DNA from: Negaprion brevirostris
Lineage: Eukaryota
DNA: 64,000 nt
NCBI GenBank assembly: GCA_030324005.1
Contig: JARDVH010000124.1
Coordinates: 40,376,410-40,440,409, forward strand
Direction: 5' to 3'
Position 1 is the stretch's first letter. The number at the start of each line of letters is the position of its first letter. Below the pieces are notes generated by a model, which worked only from the letters and a program-made list of their open reading frames with translations, was not told where the DNA came from and did no database searches. The position numbers and the translations under genes are program-made. Below, in pieces: positions 12,128 to 23,035 of this stretch.

Positions 12128-15100
12128 GTGAGTAGCTGAAGAAAGCATGCACATCTGAAGGCTATGAACTGGCTACAGGCTTGTTGCCCAAGTCGAGTAA
12201 CCTTCCATATAAATTTAAAAATCAACAACTAAACCTGCCCTTCCCTACACTAGCTTTTGCTTGTTCTATATAGAACACATGAATGAATGATCTATAACAG
12301 AATAGGCAGGAATTGGGTTATCAATAACATTCTGTGATAGGGCAGCCTTCAAAATGCATCTGTCTGTTGTAGTGGTTGTTGGTTGTGTTTAACAGAATTA
12401 GCCCTTCTACCGAAAGATGGAAAGATTTAAATGTGTCTGAACAGTAGCATACAACAGCATTGATTGCTAGAAAGAACAGACTTTAGGCAACACAAATTTT
12501 CTTTTGTTAAATGTGATTTAAAATATAATCTTTTGATTATTGAACTTGATTATACAGTCTTGTGGACTTTAGAAGAAAAATATATATTTAACATGAAACT
12601 TGATGTTCCATTCTTCTTGTGTTTATAGTTTTTCTTTCATCCCTATGAGTAAATTGTGTATTATTGGAGCACCACAGAATTGAGATGCACCATGTACCAG
12701 TGGCATCCAATCTTTCCATGGAATCGGAAAGTATTTTGTCTCCCAAAAAAAATGAGTCCTGTTACAACCACCACGTGATGTTGCAATTTCTAGTTACAAA
12801 ATACAAGTGATGCTGACAAAATTTGCAGTCAGCATTTGACACTTGTGCTTTATGCTGCAGAAGTTACTGAAGACTAATTCAATATTTACTTTTCATCACT
12901 ATCTCATAATCTATTGTTTGTAGAATTAGCCATATTAGCAAATGTTAAGAACATAAAGCAGTTGGCTTAAAAAACGATTATAGCTGCTTGAAACTAAGTT
13001 TGTTAGATTATTCAAAGCTGTAGTGGTGTGATGAAGCAGTTCCTTTGGTTGCTCTTAAAATATTCATTCCATTTATAATTTGGGGTGGATAAAGCTTACT
13101 CTCGTGCACTTTTTAAGAAAAATACCGGATTTAAAAAATTGTAATTGTATGCATGACAAATCTGCTTTCCAGCCATTCCCTTCCACTACACTGTTATTTC
13201 TAAACCTCTTGACATTGCAATGTGAGACACCCATGTGGCAACTGTCTGCATTTTGAAGATATTCAATATCTTGAACCCAGTGCCCAGTTGTCCACTTTTG
13301 TAGATCAAAGTAGAGATTTTGAACTTTCATGCTTCACTTAAATCACCAAGAGCCATTCTGCCTCTATTGTAATAATGGCCCTGTCTGCTTCATTTGCAAC
13401 ACTGCCCCATCCCCCTCCCCTTTCTGCTGATCCTTGTCCTTTCTGAAATGAAATTGAAAAAGAGCATTGTATTTACCCCTATTAAGTTGCATAAAAACAA
13501 CTTGATTAACCAGGAGCCTAAGGAAAAGAATGAGAATGCCTATTTGTGTGGTAGTGAAATCAGGAATTCTCGTGCACAGTGTGAAGAAACGCACAATCCC
13601 CCAGTGTGGCAATGGCAGTGAAAAACTAAGACTAGTGATGAGGGATGAATCAGATGAGAGTGCTAATGTGAAATGATGTAAAAGAGAAGTTTCAGTGGAG
13701 CTGTGGGAGGAGGCTGCAAGTGCATCTGTCAACAAGGGGAGGGATGAGGAATTCCTGTGCGAACTGGTGGGGAGGAGTAAAGTGTTGTCTTGATATGGGG
13801 GAAGGGAGAGAAGAGAGAATGTGAAGTGGGGAAGGGGAAATAAGAAGAGCTCCATTGTGAACTGAACACTGAAGTTGGGAAGAATGCCAGTATGAACTGA
13901 AGGGATTAAAAGGAGACCATTTTAAAACAATTAAACAAAACCAATGTATACATATGTACACAAGAATTCTTCTGCAAGAATTGAGGGGACAATCTGCAAA
14001 TTGTTGCTGTTATCTTCTGTGATACAACAGAACCATAAAATATCTACAGTGCAGATAGAGGCCATTTGGCCCATTAAGTTTGCACTGACACTCTGAAAGC
14101 ACATCACACCCAGGCACTCCACGATGGAATGTTGGGTATGTCTTCCACAAAAGTACAAGCATTGCCCTGCTATACTTTTTATAAAATTATGTTCAGGATT
14201 GTTCCTTATTAGCTTTCTTCGAGCTGTCTCAATTCTATTGAAGCTTTCTACTTCAGCATTTATGAACACAGGCCATGCACCCCCAAACATGTAAAACATT
14301 GACTTTGTTGGAATAAATACTGCGTTAGTATTTGCTGTCTTTCATTTTTATCCCATGTGAAGTGACTTTGGAGTCTTGCATCAGTTAGTGCATATCGTGC
14401 ATTATACAGTTAGCAATGCTGGTAGAAGAGCCTTGCATGTCTGAAGATAGCAAAAATGCCTCATTTGTTGACTTGTGTTGGTCCACATGGTGAGGGCAAA
14501 GTGCAATGACTCAGTGACTTGGGAATAACACATCAGCAGGGGTGTAATGAATAGTTTAAAGTTTGTTCAAGCTGAAAATCTATTGACCACCTCCCTAAGC
14601 TACAGCCTCACTTCCAGTCCTCTGTTAAGTACACTGCTGTATAATGGCTGATAAAAGCAGAATGTGCTAAAAGTGCTCAGCAGGTCAGGTAGCATCTATG
14701 GTGAGAGAAAAAATTCTTCACCTAGAATTTTGTGAAGAACACTGAGCAGTGGCAACAGAGGCACCTTGCATTCAAGGTGAAAGCACTGCATTGTGTCCAG
14801 CTGATGCCTCCATTCCAGAAGAAATGTGGTGAATATTTTTGCCTTTGCAAACAGTGTCAGTTACTGTCTTGATATGGATTTGCCCTGCAGGCTGCCTAAT
14901 ATTACCCATGTCCCTGGGGTGGTTTGGAAGGATCCAGTAGAATGATAACTTCATGTTGTGATAACCTTACTAATTTCAGAATTAGTCTGCCTCATCTGCT
15001 GTACTTTGACCAATAAAGGTATGGCGTTAACAGCAAACCTGGTGAAGAAGGGTCTCCTCCAACAATTTTAGGTACACGTAGTGAGATCTTATGTATGGGT

Positions 15101-15665
15101 CTGGGTTAGTCGTGAGTGTAGACAGAACACCCGAGGTGTTTTTACAGCAGCATTACGTGAATCCCTCCCTAATCTGAAGTATTCGGAATGTTCCCAGCCA
15201 AGCAGAGAATGCTGGTGCTCAGTACTTTGTATGGTGTAATTTGAACTCATATGCAAAATAAACTAATGNNNNNNNNNNNNNNNNNNNNNNNNNNNNNNNN
15301 NNNNNNNNNNNNNNNNNNNNNNNNNNNNNNNNNNNNNNNNNNNNNNNNNNNNNNNNNNNNNNNNNNNNNNNNNNNNNNNNNNNNNNNNNNNNNNNNNNNN
15401 NNNNNNNNNNNNNNNNNNNNNNNNNNNNNNNNNNNNNNNNNNNNNNNNNNNNNNNNNNNNNNNNNNNNNNNNNNNNNNNNNNNNNNNNNNNNNNNNNNNN
15501 NNNNNNNNNNNNNNNNNNNNNNNNNNNNNNNNNNNNNNNNNNNNNNNNNNNNNNNNNNNNNNNNNNNNNNNNNNNNNNNNNNNNNNNNNNNNNNNNNNNN
15601 NNNNNNNNNNNNNNNNNNNNNNNNNNNNNNNNNNNNNNNNNNNNNNNNNNNNNNNNNNNNNNNNN

Positions 15666-16200
15666 CCCACCCTGCAGAAAGCTGCATAATGCTGTATGTT
15701 TGTAAAAGTATGCCTCTAAATGTATGCAAATATTGTCAAGGCTAGCCTTGTGACATAATTTATAGTCGTGGATATAACAATCTAATTTGGAAATGATTTT
15801 CCCTGAGGTGAAGTGGCTGATCCAAATAGGGCTTGATAGTATTTGAGAAATAAATACTCCATTTCCTTGAAATTTGTCTGTTGTAATTTCAGCATCTACC
15901 ATTGAAGAAAACAGTTTTCTAACTACCAATCTTGTTCCAATGCAGAGTCCTTGCTTAGAATTTGCATTACATTGACTCAGGGAAGGAGCAATTATAATGT
16001 TGCTAAGTTTATATGGTGGCATTCCCATTGGAGATAAACTTGGAAGCTAGTGGGATGGACTGTTATTATCTTCATCTTAGAATCAAAGTGAATGAATTCA
16101 CCTAAGTTTATCTAAAAGCTTTTTCATTTTAATTTAATGAATCTTCCTCTTTGGCACGAAAGAAGCTCTTGAGTAATAAGTTGTATCATGTAACTGCCCC
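15666..16200 (-). mobile_element. Helitron RepHel fossil (PIF1-like helicase C-terminal region)
   Basis: GMPPYKL...NANSKQGLCIGTRLVVRKL...DAEITTDKFQGNGVFISQI matches the recalled Helitron/PIF1 motif GMPPHxL...RNL...GLCNGTRL...G..VFIPRI; frameshifted downstream. Confidence 0.8.
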
Positions 16201-16632
16201 CACCATTCTGCCATGTTTAACCAACTCCATTAACTGCCCACTGCCATCCCATCCCCTTCATCTTTCATGCAAGTTGATCTAAAGCAAACAAAATTCCTCC
16301 AGATTTAAGCATGCTTCATCAGTCCTATAGGACAGAACCTTGCCTCTGTGGCCTGTTCTTAATTTTTACTATCTTAATTTGAAGATTAAGCTGATGATAA
16401 ATCCCTTAACTAGCCACATGTGAATGGTCAGTTGGTTAGTCTAAAACTTGTACAATTTTACGATGATTGTAAAAGTACAAGTGACTGCATGTTACTGTAA
16501 AAAGCACTTAGCAAGATTTAGATAATCAATCTGTATATGTGTGAAGTCTATTTTTAAAAATTTGTGGGTTAGAGTATGACATATGTATTTGCAATATTAA
16601 GAACCATTTTGACATGAATTGTAATTTTTAAT

Positions 16633-16904
16633 ACATAAGAACATACGAACATAAATAGGAGCAGGAGTAGGCCATCCAGCCCTTCGAGCCTGCCCCGCCA
16701 TTCAGTAAGATCATGGCTGATCTGTCGTGNNNNNNNNNNNNNNNNNNNNNNNNNNNNNNNNNNNNNNNNNNNNNNNNNNNNNNNNNNNNNNNNNNNNNNN
16801 NNNNNNNNNNNNNNNNNNNNNNNNNNNNNTCAAACACCTTCTGAAAATCAAGAAAGACCACATCCACCGGCTCTCCTCTATCCACCGCCCTAGACACTTC
16901 CTCA
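16633..16904 (-). mobile_element. CR1 LINE, internal part lost in gap
   Basis: VDRGEPVDVVFLDFQKVF RT motif on one side of the gap, CR1 tail (aacataag repeats, ggagcaggagtaggcc) on the other. Confidence 0.88.
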
Positions 16905-18397
16905 TACTGCTTGTTTTAATCAATTGGCTGGTGCACAAAATAAACAGTTGCCATTTATATTCAACAATATATGAAGCATTAAGTTGAAGCGTGTTAACTT
17001 GCTCAGTTACAGGCAGATGAAATTTATTTGTTCTGTTTTGAGAGTTGATGCTCTTCTTGAGGAATGGGTGCTACGGCAAAGTTGTTCATTCAAGTAACAA
17101 GAAATCCTTAATGCACAGTTGGTAGTAAAACATAGTGCATAAAGGGCAGCTCTTAACCAAATTTCACTCCAAAGACTGTCATTCAAAAGCCCACATTGGT
17201 TGGCCAGAGAATGGGCTTTGTTGCTGATTCTACCAGATGTCACCTCATGCTGTTTTTGATTGGCACAGTTTGGCAGGGAGGATGGATGTATCTATCACTG
17301 GCTAGTTAATTGTGCTGCCGGTTTCATCCTGACAGCAGGTCTTTGATTTTTAAGTGGCTCAATGCAAAGCGAATTAGCAGTCTGTAGTCGTATTTCTCAT
17401 TCGGTATGCCCTGACTTTGGCGAATGCTGCTCATAAATCATATTGACTGGCATTAAGCAGAATGAAAGCTGCTTTTTAGACAGCTAGTGCAGAAGTATCC
17501 AATACTGATGACATCCCATGTAAAGCTGTAGATCCCAAATCCTTTGGGAGTCTTAAAATTAGAAAGCGTCTTTGTGGCAACTATTCGTAAAGAAATCTGT
17601 GAATTAAGCATCTGCTTCTGCCTGGCAATTCAGAGTATTGGGAATTGATTTTACTGTTTAGTAGTTCAGTTGTGATTCAGCAGAAAGTTGTGGATGCATG
17701 CAAAAAGATGTCCTATCACTCATTCCATTTTTGACCTGGTTACTTGATTAGTGAGTAAAATGAGAAATTGTGGTGAGTTTGGAGTTACCAAACTAATTTC
17801 TTAAGTCAAACGCATACCTCAACGTGTTAACTCTGTCTTAGTAAACAGCCATTTATTTGGAAATTCAAATTCTCTATTTTAATGACACTTTTTAGCTTTT
17901 TATGTCTTACATGGGTCACTTTGTTTTCATGTGGCACATTTTAATCTCGAGTCATAAAATTGATTTAATATTGATGAAGTTGAACCTTTTTGACGACTTG
18001 CCTTTTTAATGTTTTAATATCCAATAAATTAGGTTTGAGGATTTAGTTTACTGCTTCAGCTGCTCAGGAAAATTCCTTGCGCCAATCGGTCTTGCTACTT
18101 TCAGTCTACAGGTGATGCCCTCAACTAATTAGTTATAAACTTGAAGCATCAATAACAGTTTCATTAATTAATCCCAGAACTATTCCATGCATAAAACAAT
18201 TTTTTGAAATAAAAAATGTTATCACAGTACCTCTTATTCTGGGACAATTTTGATTTTTTATTTTTGTTTTCCCAGCAAGTGAACAGGGAAAAATTCTGAC
18301 ATTGCATTAACCCTTAACATTGAAGCAAGTTTCAAATTCAATAATCATTGCCCATCCCACGGTATAACAGTGCCTGTTCTGCATCAGAAATTTTACT

Positions 18398-18734
18398 TAG
18401 AGTCATAGAAACCCTACAGTGCAGAAGGAGGTCATCTGGCCCATCAAGTGTGCACCGACCACAATCCCACCCAGGCCCTACCCCCATATCCCGACATATT
18501 TTACCCACTAATCCCTGTAACCTAGGCATCTGAGGACTCTTGGGGGCAATTTTTAGCATGGCCAACCAACCTAACCCGCGCATCTTTGGGAGGAAACTGG
18601 AGCACCCGGAAGAAACCCACGCAGACACAAGGAGAATGTGCAAACTCCACACAGATAATGACCCAAGCCGGGAATCGAACCCAGGTCCCTGGAGCTGTGA
18701 AGCAGCAGTGCTAACCACAGCTACCGTGCTGCCC
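18398..18734 (-). mobile_element. Near full-length HE1/V-SINE-like tRNA-derived SINE
   Basis: Minus strand ggcagcacggtagctgtggttagcactgctgc head, B box GGTTCGATTCC (18671-18681), V-domain tgtggagtttgcacattctcc...gtgggtttc...tttcctccc, CR1-like tail. Confidence 0.9.
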
Positions 18735-18764
18735 TTGGCTAAAGCAAAGCCCAAGTTACTGGGT

Positions 18765-19090
18765 AAAAGCAAATTACTGTGGATGCTGCATCTGAAACCA
18801 AAAGAGAGAATGCTGGAAAATCTCAGCTGGTCTTGCAGCATCAGTAAGGAGAGAAAAGAGTTGATGTTTTGAGTCTAGAGGACCCTCTGTCAAAACTAAA
18901 AGGCATAGAAAGTGAGAGATATTTATACTGTAGGATGAGAGAATGAAAGATGAGTCATAGCCACAAAAGCAAGGAGAAAGGTTGCTAATGGCAGCCCACA
19001 TGGCCAAATAGCAGACGAGCTGAAATCGGAGGGTAAGCTGAGACAGATAAGATGAGGGGCGAGATGGGTGAGAGAAAGGGGAAGCAAAGG
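18765..19090 (-). mobile_element. Penelope-type terminal repeat fragment
   Basis: Reverse complement has ttgacagagggtcctctagactcaaaacatcaactc...ctgatgctgcaagaccagctgagattttccagcattc; same family as 7148 and 39610. Confidence 0.6.
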
Positions 19091-20026
19091 GGAAGTAGCT
19101 GGTTCCAGCTATTAAGGTGTCAGGATGATTAAAGTAGTTGGTATACAATGTAATATCATGACTGTACATAAGAAAACACATTTGCCACTTTTTTGTTTAG
19201 CTCTTGAAATCTTCTTTTATTCCAAGTGTGCAAACAATACCAAACACAGGAAATTAAAAGCAACATTTTGGGTAACAACCAACAAGCGGAAAGCTCCTGG
19301 AGCATGCTTAGCTGATCATCTTTGAGAGATTATAGAGTAAATTTAGGCACCAGTTTCTTCAATTGAATACAGATATCCTTACTTTAGCCTTTATCAAGAG
19401 GTGCACAGAAAAAGGGTGAGGGCATGGGAATGGTTCCAGTCAGCAGTGGGCTGAGAATTGTATGGTCTGATAGATTTATCCTGTCAAGAGTACATTAAAG
19501 TACATGTAAAATCATTTTACAAAGTATTTTTCATATTTAGAGTAGTAACGTTTGTAATGTATGCATAGGCTTTTCAATGAAAAATGTTTACTGCTATAAA
19601 ATGGTGTTGTGCTTCAGGTTTGGCTGGACCAACATACTCAAACTAAAAATTGAGCAGTGTAACTGGTTAAAGCTGCAGGCATTAATGCATAGTAGGGGCT
19701 GCATTGATTAAGAATCTTTCATAAATTTTCCATTGCGTTTTATGTTACTGTGGGACTGCTTGTCAAATAAGAGAAAATGGGCCATGCTTCCACTATTGAC
19801 CTCTACTTTGGAAGGATGTGTTACGGGAGTAGGATTCGGTTTAGTTGTCATATCTCCTTCTTGTTTTGCACACTGACTCTGTCAAAGCTCACGTGAAAAT
19901 TTAAGGGAGTTGATAGCAACTGTTAAATACTACCCAGCATTAGAGGAAAAACTAGGTGAAATGTGGTTGAGAAAATTGTTGTCATAATAGGGAGTAAAAT
20001 GTAATTTGAGGTATAATAAAATATTG

Positions 20027-21180
20027 TCATAGAGTCAGAGGTTTACAGCATGGAAACCAGCCCTTCAACCCAACTTGTCCATGCTGTTTTTTTTCCAAAC
20101 TCCCTAGGCTAGTCCCAATTGTCCATATCTGGCCCATATCCCTCTATATCCATCTTACCCACATAACTGTCTAAATGTTTTTTAAAGAACAAAATTGCAC
20201 CTGCCTTTACTACTACTCTGGCAACTTGTTCCAGACACTCACCACCCTCTGAAAAAATTGCCCGTCTGGACCCTTTTGTATCTCTCCCCTCTCACCTTTA
20301 AACCTATGCCCTGTAGTTTTAGACTCCTTTATCTTTGGGAAAAGATATTGACTACCTAGCTGATCTATGTCCCTCATTATAAGATCACTCCTCAGCCTTC
20401 TACGCTTCAGAGGAGAAGGCCCTAGTCTATCCAGCCTCTCCTTATGACTCAGACCATTAAGTCCTCGTAGCATTCTAGTAAATCTCTTTTCTGCACTCCT
20501 AGTTTAACAATCACCTTTCTATAATAGGGTGACCAGAACTGCAGACCACACTCCAAGTGTGGTCTCACCAAGGTCTTGTACAACTCCAAGATGTCCCAAC
20601 TCCTGTATTCAATGTTCCAGCCAGTGAAACCAAGCATGCTGAATGCCGCCTTCACCACTCTGTCCACCTGTGATTCCACTTTCAAGGAGCTATGAATATG
20701 TGCCCCTAGATCTTTGTTCTGTAACTCTCCCCAGTGCCCTACCGTTAACTGAGTAAATCCTGCTCTGGTTCAGCCTACCAAAATGCGTCACCTTGCGTTT
20801 ATCTGAATTAAACTCCATCTGTCATTTGTCAGCCTTTTGGCCCAATTGATCAAGATCCTGTTGCAATTGGAGATTGTAAAAAGTCTGACGACACCAGGTT
20901 TCAGTCGAACCGATTTATTTGATAGTAAATTCACTAGCTTTCGGGTTAGCCCCTTCGTCGGGTGAATGGAGAGTTCTGGCCTCAGACAGAGCATATAAAG
21001 CACTGTCCTATATGCTCTGTCCTATATTCTCATCCAGATCATTCATATAAATGAGAAATAATTGTAGACCCAGCACTGATCCCTGAGGCATGCTGGTCAC
21101 AGGCCTCCAGTTTCAAAAACAACCTTCTAGAACCATCCTCTGACTTCTGTAAAGAAGCCAATTTTGTATCCATTTATGTT
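20027..21180 (-). mobile_element. CR1 LINE 3' portion interrupted by a Penelope-like fragment
   Basis: ORFs YKTLVRPHLECGLQFWSPYY and LKRRRLRSDLI...FFQRVVSVWNKLP; QGSVLG motif near 21070-21090. Confidence 0.9.
20876..21020 (-). mobile_element. Penelope-like 3' fragment with minimal hammerhead-like motif
   Basis: Non-CR1 insert. Minus strand ATTCAC-CCGACGA-AGGGGCTAACCC-GAAA-GCTA-GTGAAT, followed by aataaa and cctggtgtcgtcagactt. Confidence 0.6.
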
Positions 21181-22089
21181 TTTCTTGAAATAAAACAAAA
21201 TTGTAGCTGATGTAATTTAATCAAATCAGCGTACTAGAATTTACTACACAGGCTTTGTCCTTACTATTGGTCTTGTGACAATATTGATCCTCCAATTCAA
21301 ATATGATATGTTGGTGATTTTAAATATTTTGCATAGGTGGAAAAGGAAAGGCGAACAATCACCAGCTGCAGCAGTAGAAGGGTATGAGGTAAACACTGAG
21401 TGAAGTGCTTGGGCAAAGACATGCTGTAGGGTATACAGTACAAGGAGATTGAAGCCAACTTGCACAATCACAGGCTCACAAGCAGCAGCACCAAGGATGG
21501 TGTGTTAGTAAATGATACAAAACTTGGTCATCATACTCAAGAACAAGTTTTCCTCCCCATGTTGTCAAAATGGAATTCTTTTATTGCTGAGTTCTCTTAA
21601 ATATCTTTTTGCAGATTTTCCTTCTACTTCACACTTACCCTCCTTGTGTCTTCCTCACAGATCATCTTCACCACTCTCCCAATCCCCAAAATTCGGAACT
21701 AAAATTAGGATTCTCTTGTATGTGGTGCATTTTGGCACTATTTCTGGTGAGCAGCAACAATAAATTATATTTAGCACCTTTTAAATGACATAATATTCCA
21801 ATGAAGCATGTTGGGGTGTTTTTATAAAACAAAATATCACACTGCCACAGAAGGAAATATTAGCTCACATGGCCGAAAGTGATTGGTCAAAGTGATCTAT
21901 TTCAAGGAGAAAGTAAGCAAGAGAGGCATACAGAAGCTGTAGGCTCATCTGAGGCATTTGGGCCTAGGATGATGATGGTGTTATTTTTGGGGATGTAGTT
22001 CCTTGTTTGAAGCCTGTTAAGTTGTTGAGTTTCTCTTGGTAATTAATGGTGTGATAATGTAGATGTGTAATTAAAGTTGTAAATGAAGA

Positions 22090-23035
22090 GGCTTATAGAC
22101 TACTTTTATCTACTAAGCCAAACCTGCTCCCAGGCTCCATGCTGCCATCTCCCCTTTTCTGTTTTATTCCTTGCAGCTCTATTTTATGTCCTTCTGCCAC
22201 TTTGCTACTTACCAAATCTGTTTCTGCGTCTCCTCCCTATTTCAATCTCTCCAATNNNNNNNNNNTCATCCCTACCCTACCTCAGAAATGACCCTAACCA
22301 AAGTCAGGGATGGCATCCTCTTTTATGCTTTGACCCTGATGTTTTATCCCTTCTCAACCTCGTACAAACTTTGACCAAATCCAATGACTTTATCCTCCTC
22401 TAATGCTTTTCCTTCATTATCTAGCTTGGCAATTGTTGCCTTTACTTCCACTTGTACTTATTTGATCGTAACCAGAACATTGCCAGGAACTGGTTTTCTG
22501 CCATCATGCCATTACTTTTGGTCTCCCCTAATCCTCTTCTACACACTTGTCTGTGGTGATATCTGCAGATATGGAGTCATGTTTCATATGTATGATGATG
22601 GCACCCAGATCTGTTTATGACACCTCTCATATCCCCTCTAGTACCTCTGTGCAGCTTATTCACCACTTCTGTCCTTTCTAGTCTCGCTTGCCTCCTGGTC
22701 CCTAATGCCTCTAATTTCATGTTTGTGTTTAAATTGCTCCTCATCTCTAACTAACTCCTTCAGCCCCAGTGTCCCCACCCCTGCGCATTTCCTTTGCTCC
22801 CTTCATCAGTGGCTGCCTTCAACCACTTAGACCCCATAGGATAGAATCGTCTCTTGAAACCTTGTCTATATCCTCTTTAAGACTCTCCTTAAAACCCATC
22901 ACTTTCACTAACCTCCTTATCATCTGTTCTAGTTGTTCCTTTTTTTTTGGTAGCATCAATTTTTGATTACACTTTTGTGAATAACTTTGACATTTTTCTA
23001 TTAAAGAAATCATATAAATGCAAATTGTGGTTGGG
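22090..23035 (+). mobile_element. Old L2-clade LINE fragment
   Basis: FHMYDDGTQI (YADDTQL-like), C/T-rich body, L2-type end atataaatgcaaattgtggttg. Confidence 0.6.

Noticed and set aside
13364-14299. Overlapping ORFs up to 163 aa
   Set aside because: Low-complexity Leu/Ser-rich translations of purine-rich decayed repeat; no protein motif or exon structure.
15219-15745. Long ORFs spanning N-runs (also at 26618, 38378, 45262, 46882, 49895, 56728)
   Set aside because: Artefacts of assembly gaps translated as X; gaps mostly fall inside repeats.
18660-18734. tRNA gene suggested by A/B boxes (also 29880-29965)
   Set aside because: No cloverleaf; the boxes are the heads of multi-copy SINEs.
18338-19181. 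ORFs of 110-167 aa
   Set aside because: Translations of a V-SINE and an adjacent Penelope-type repeat, not genes.
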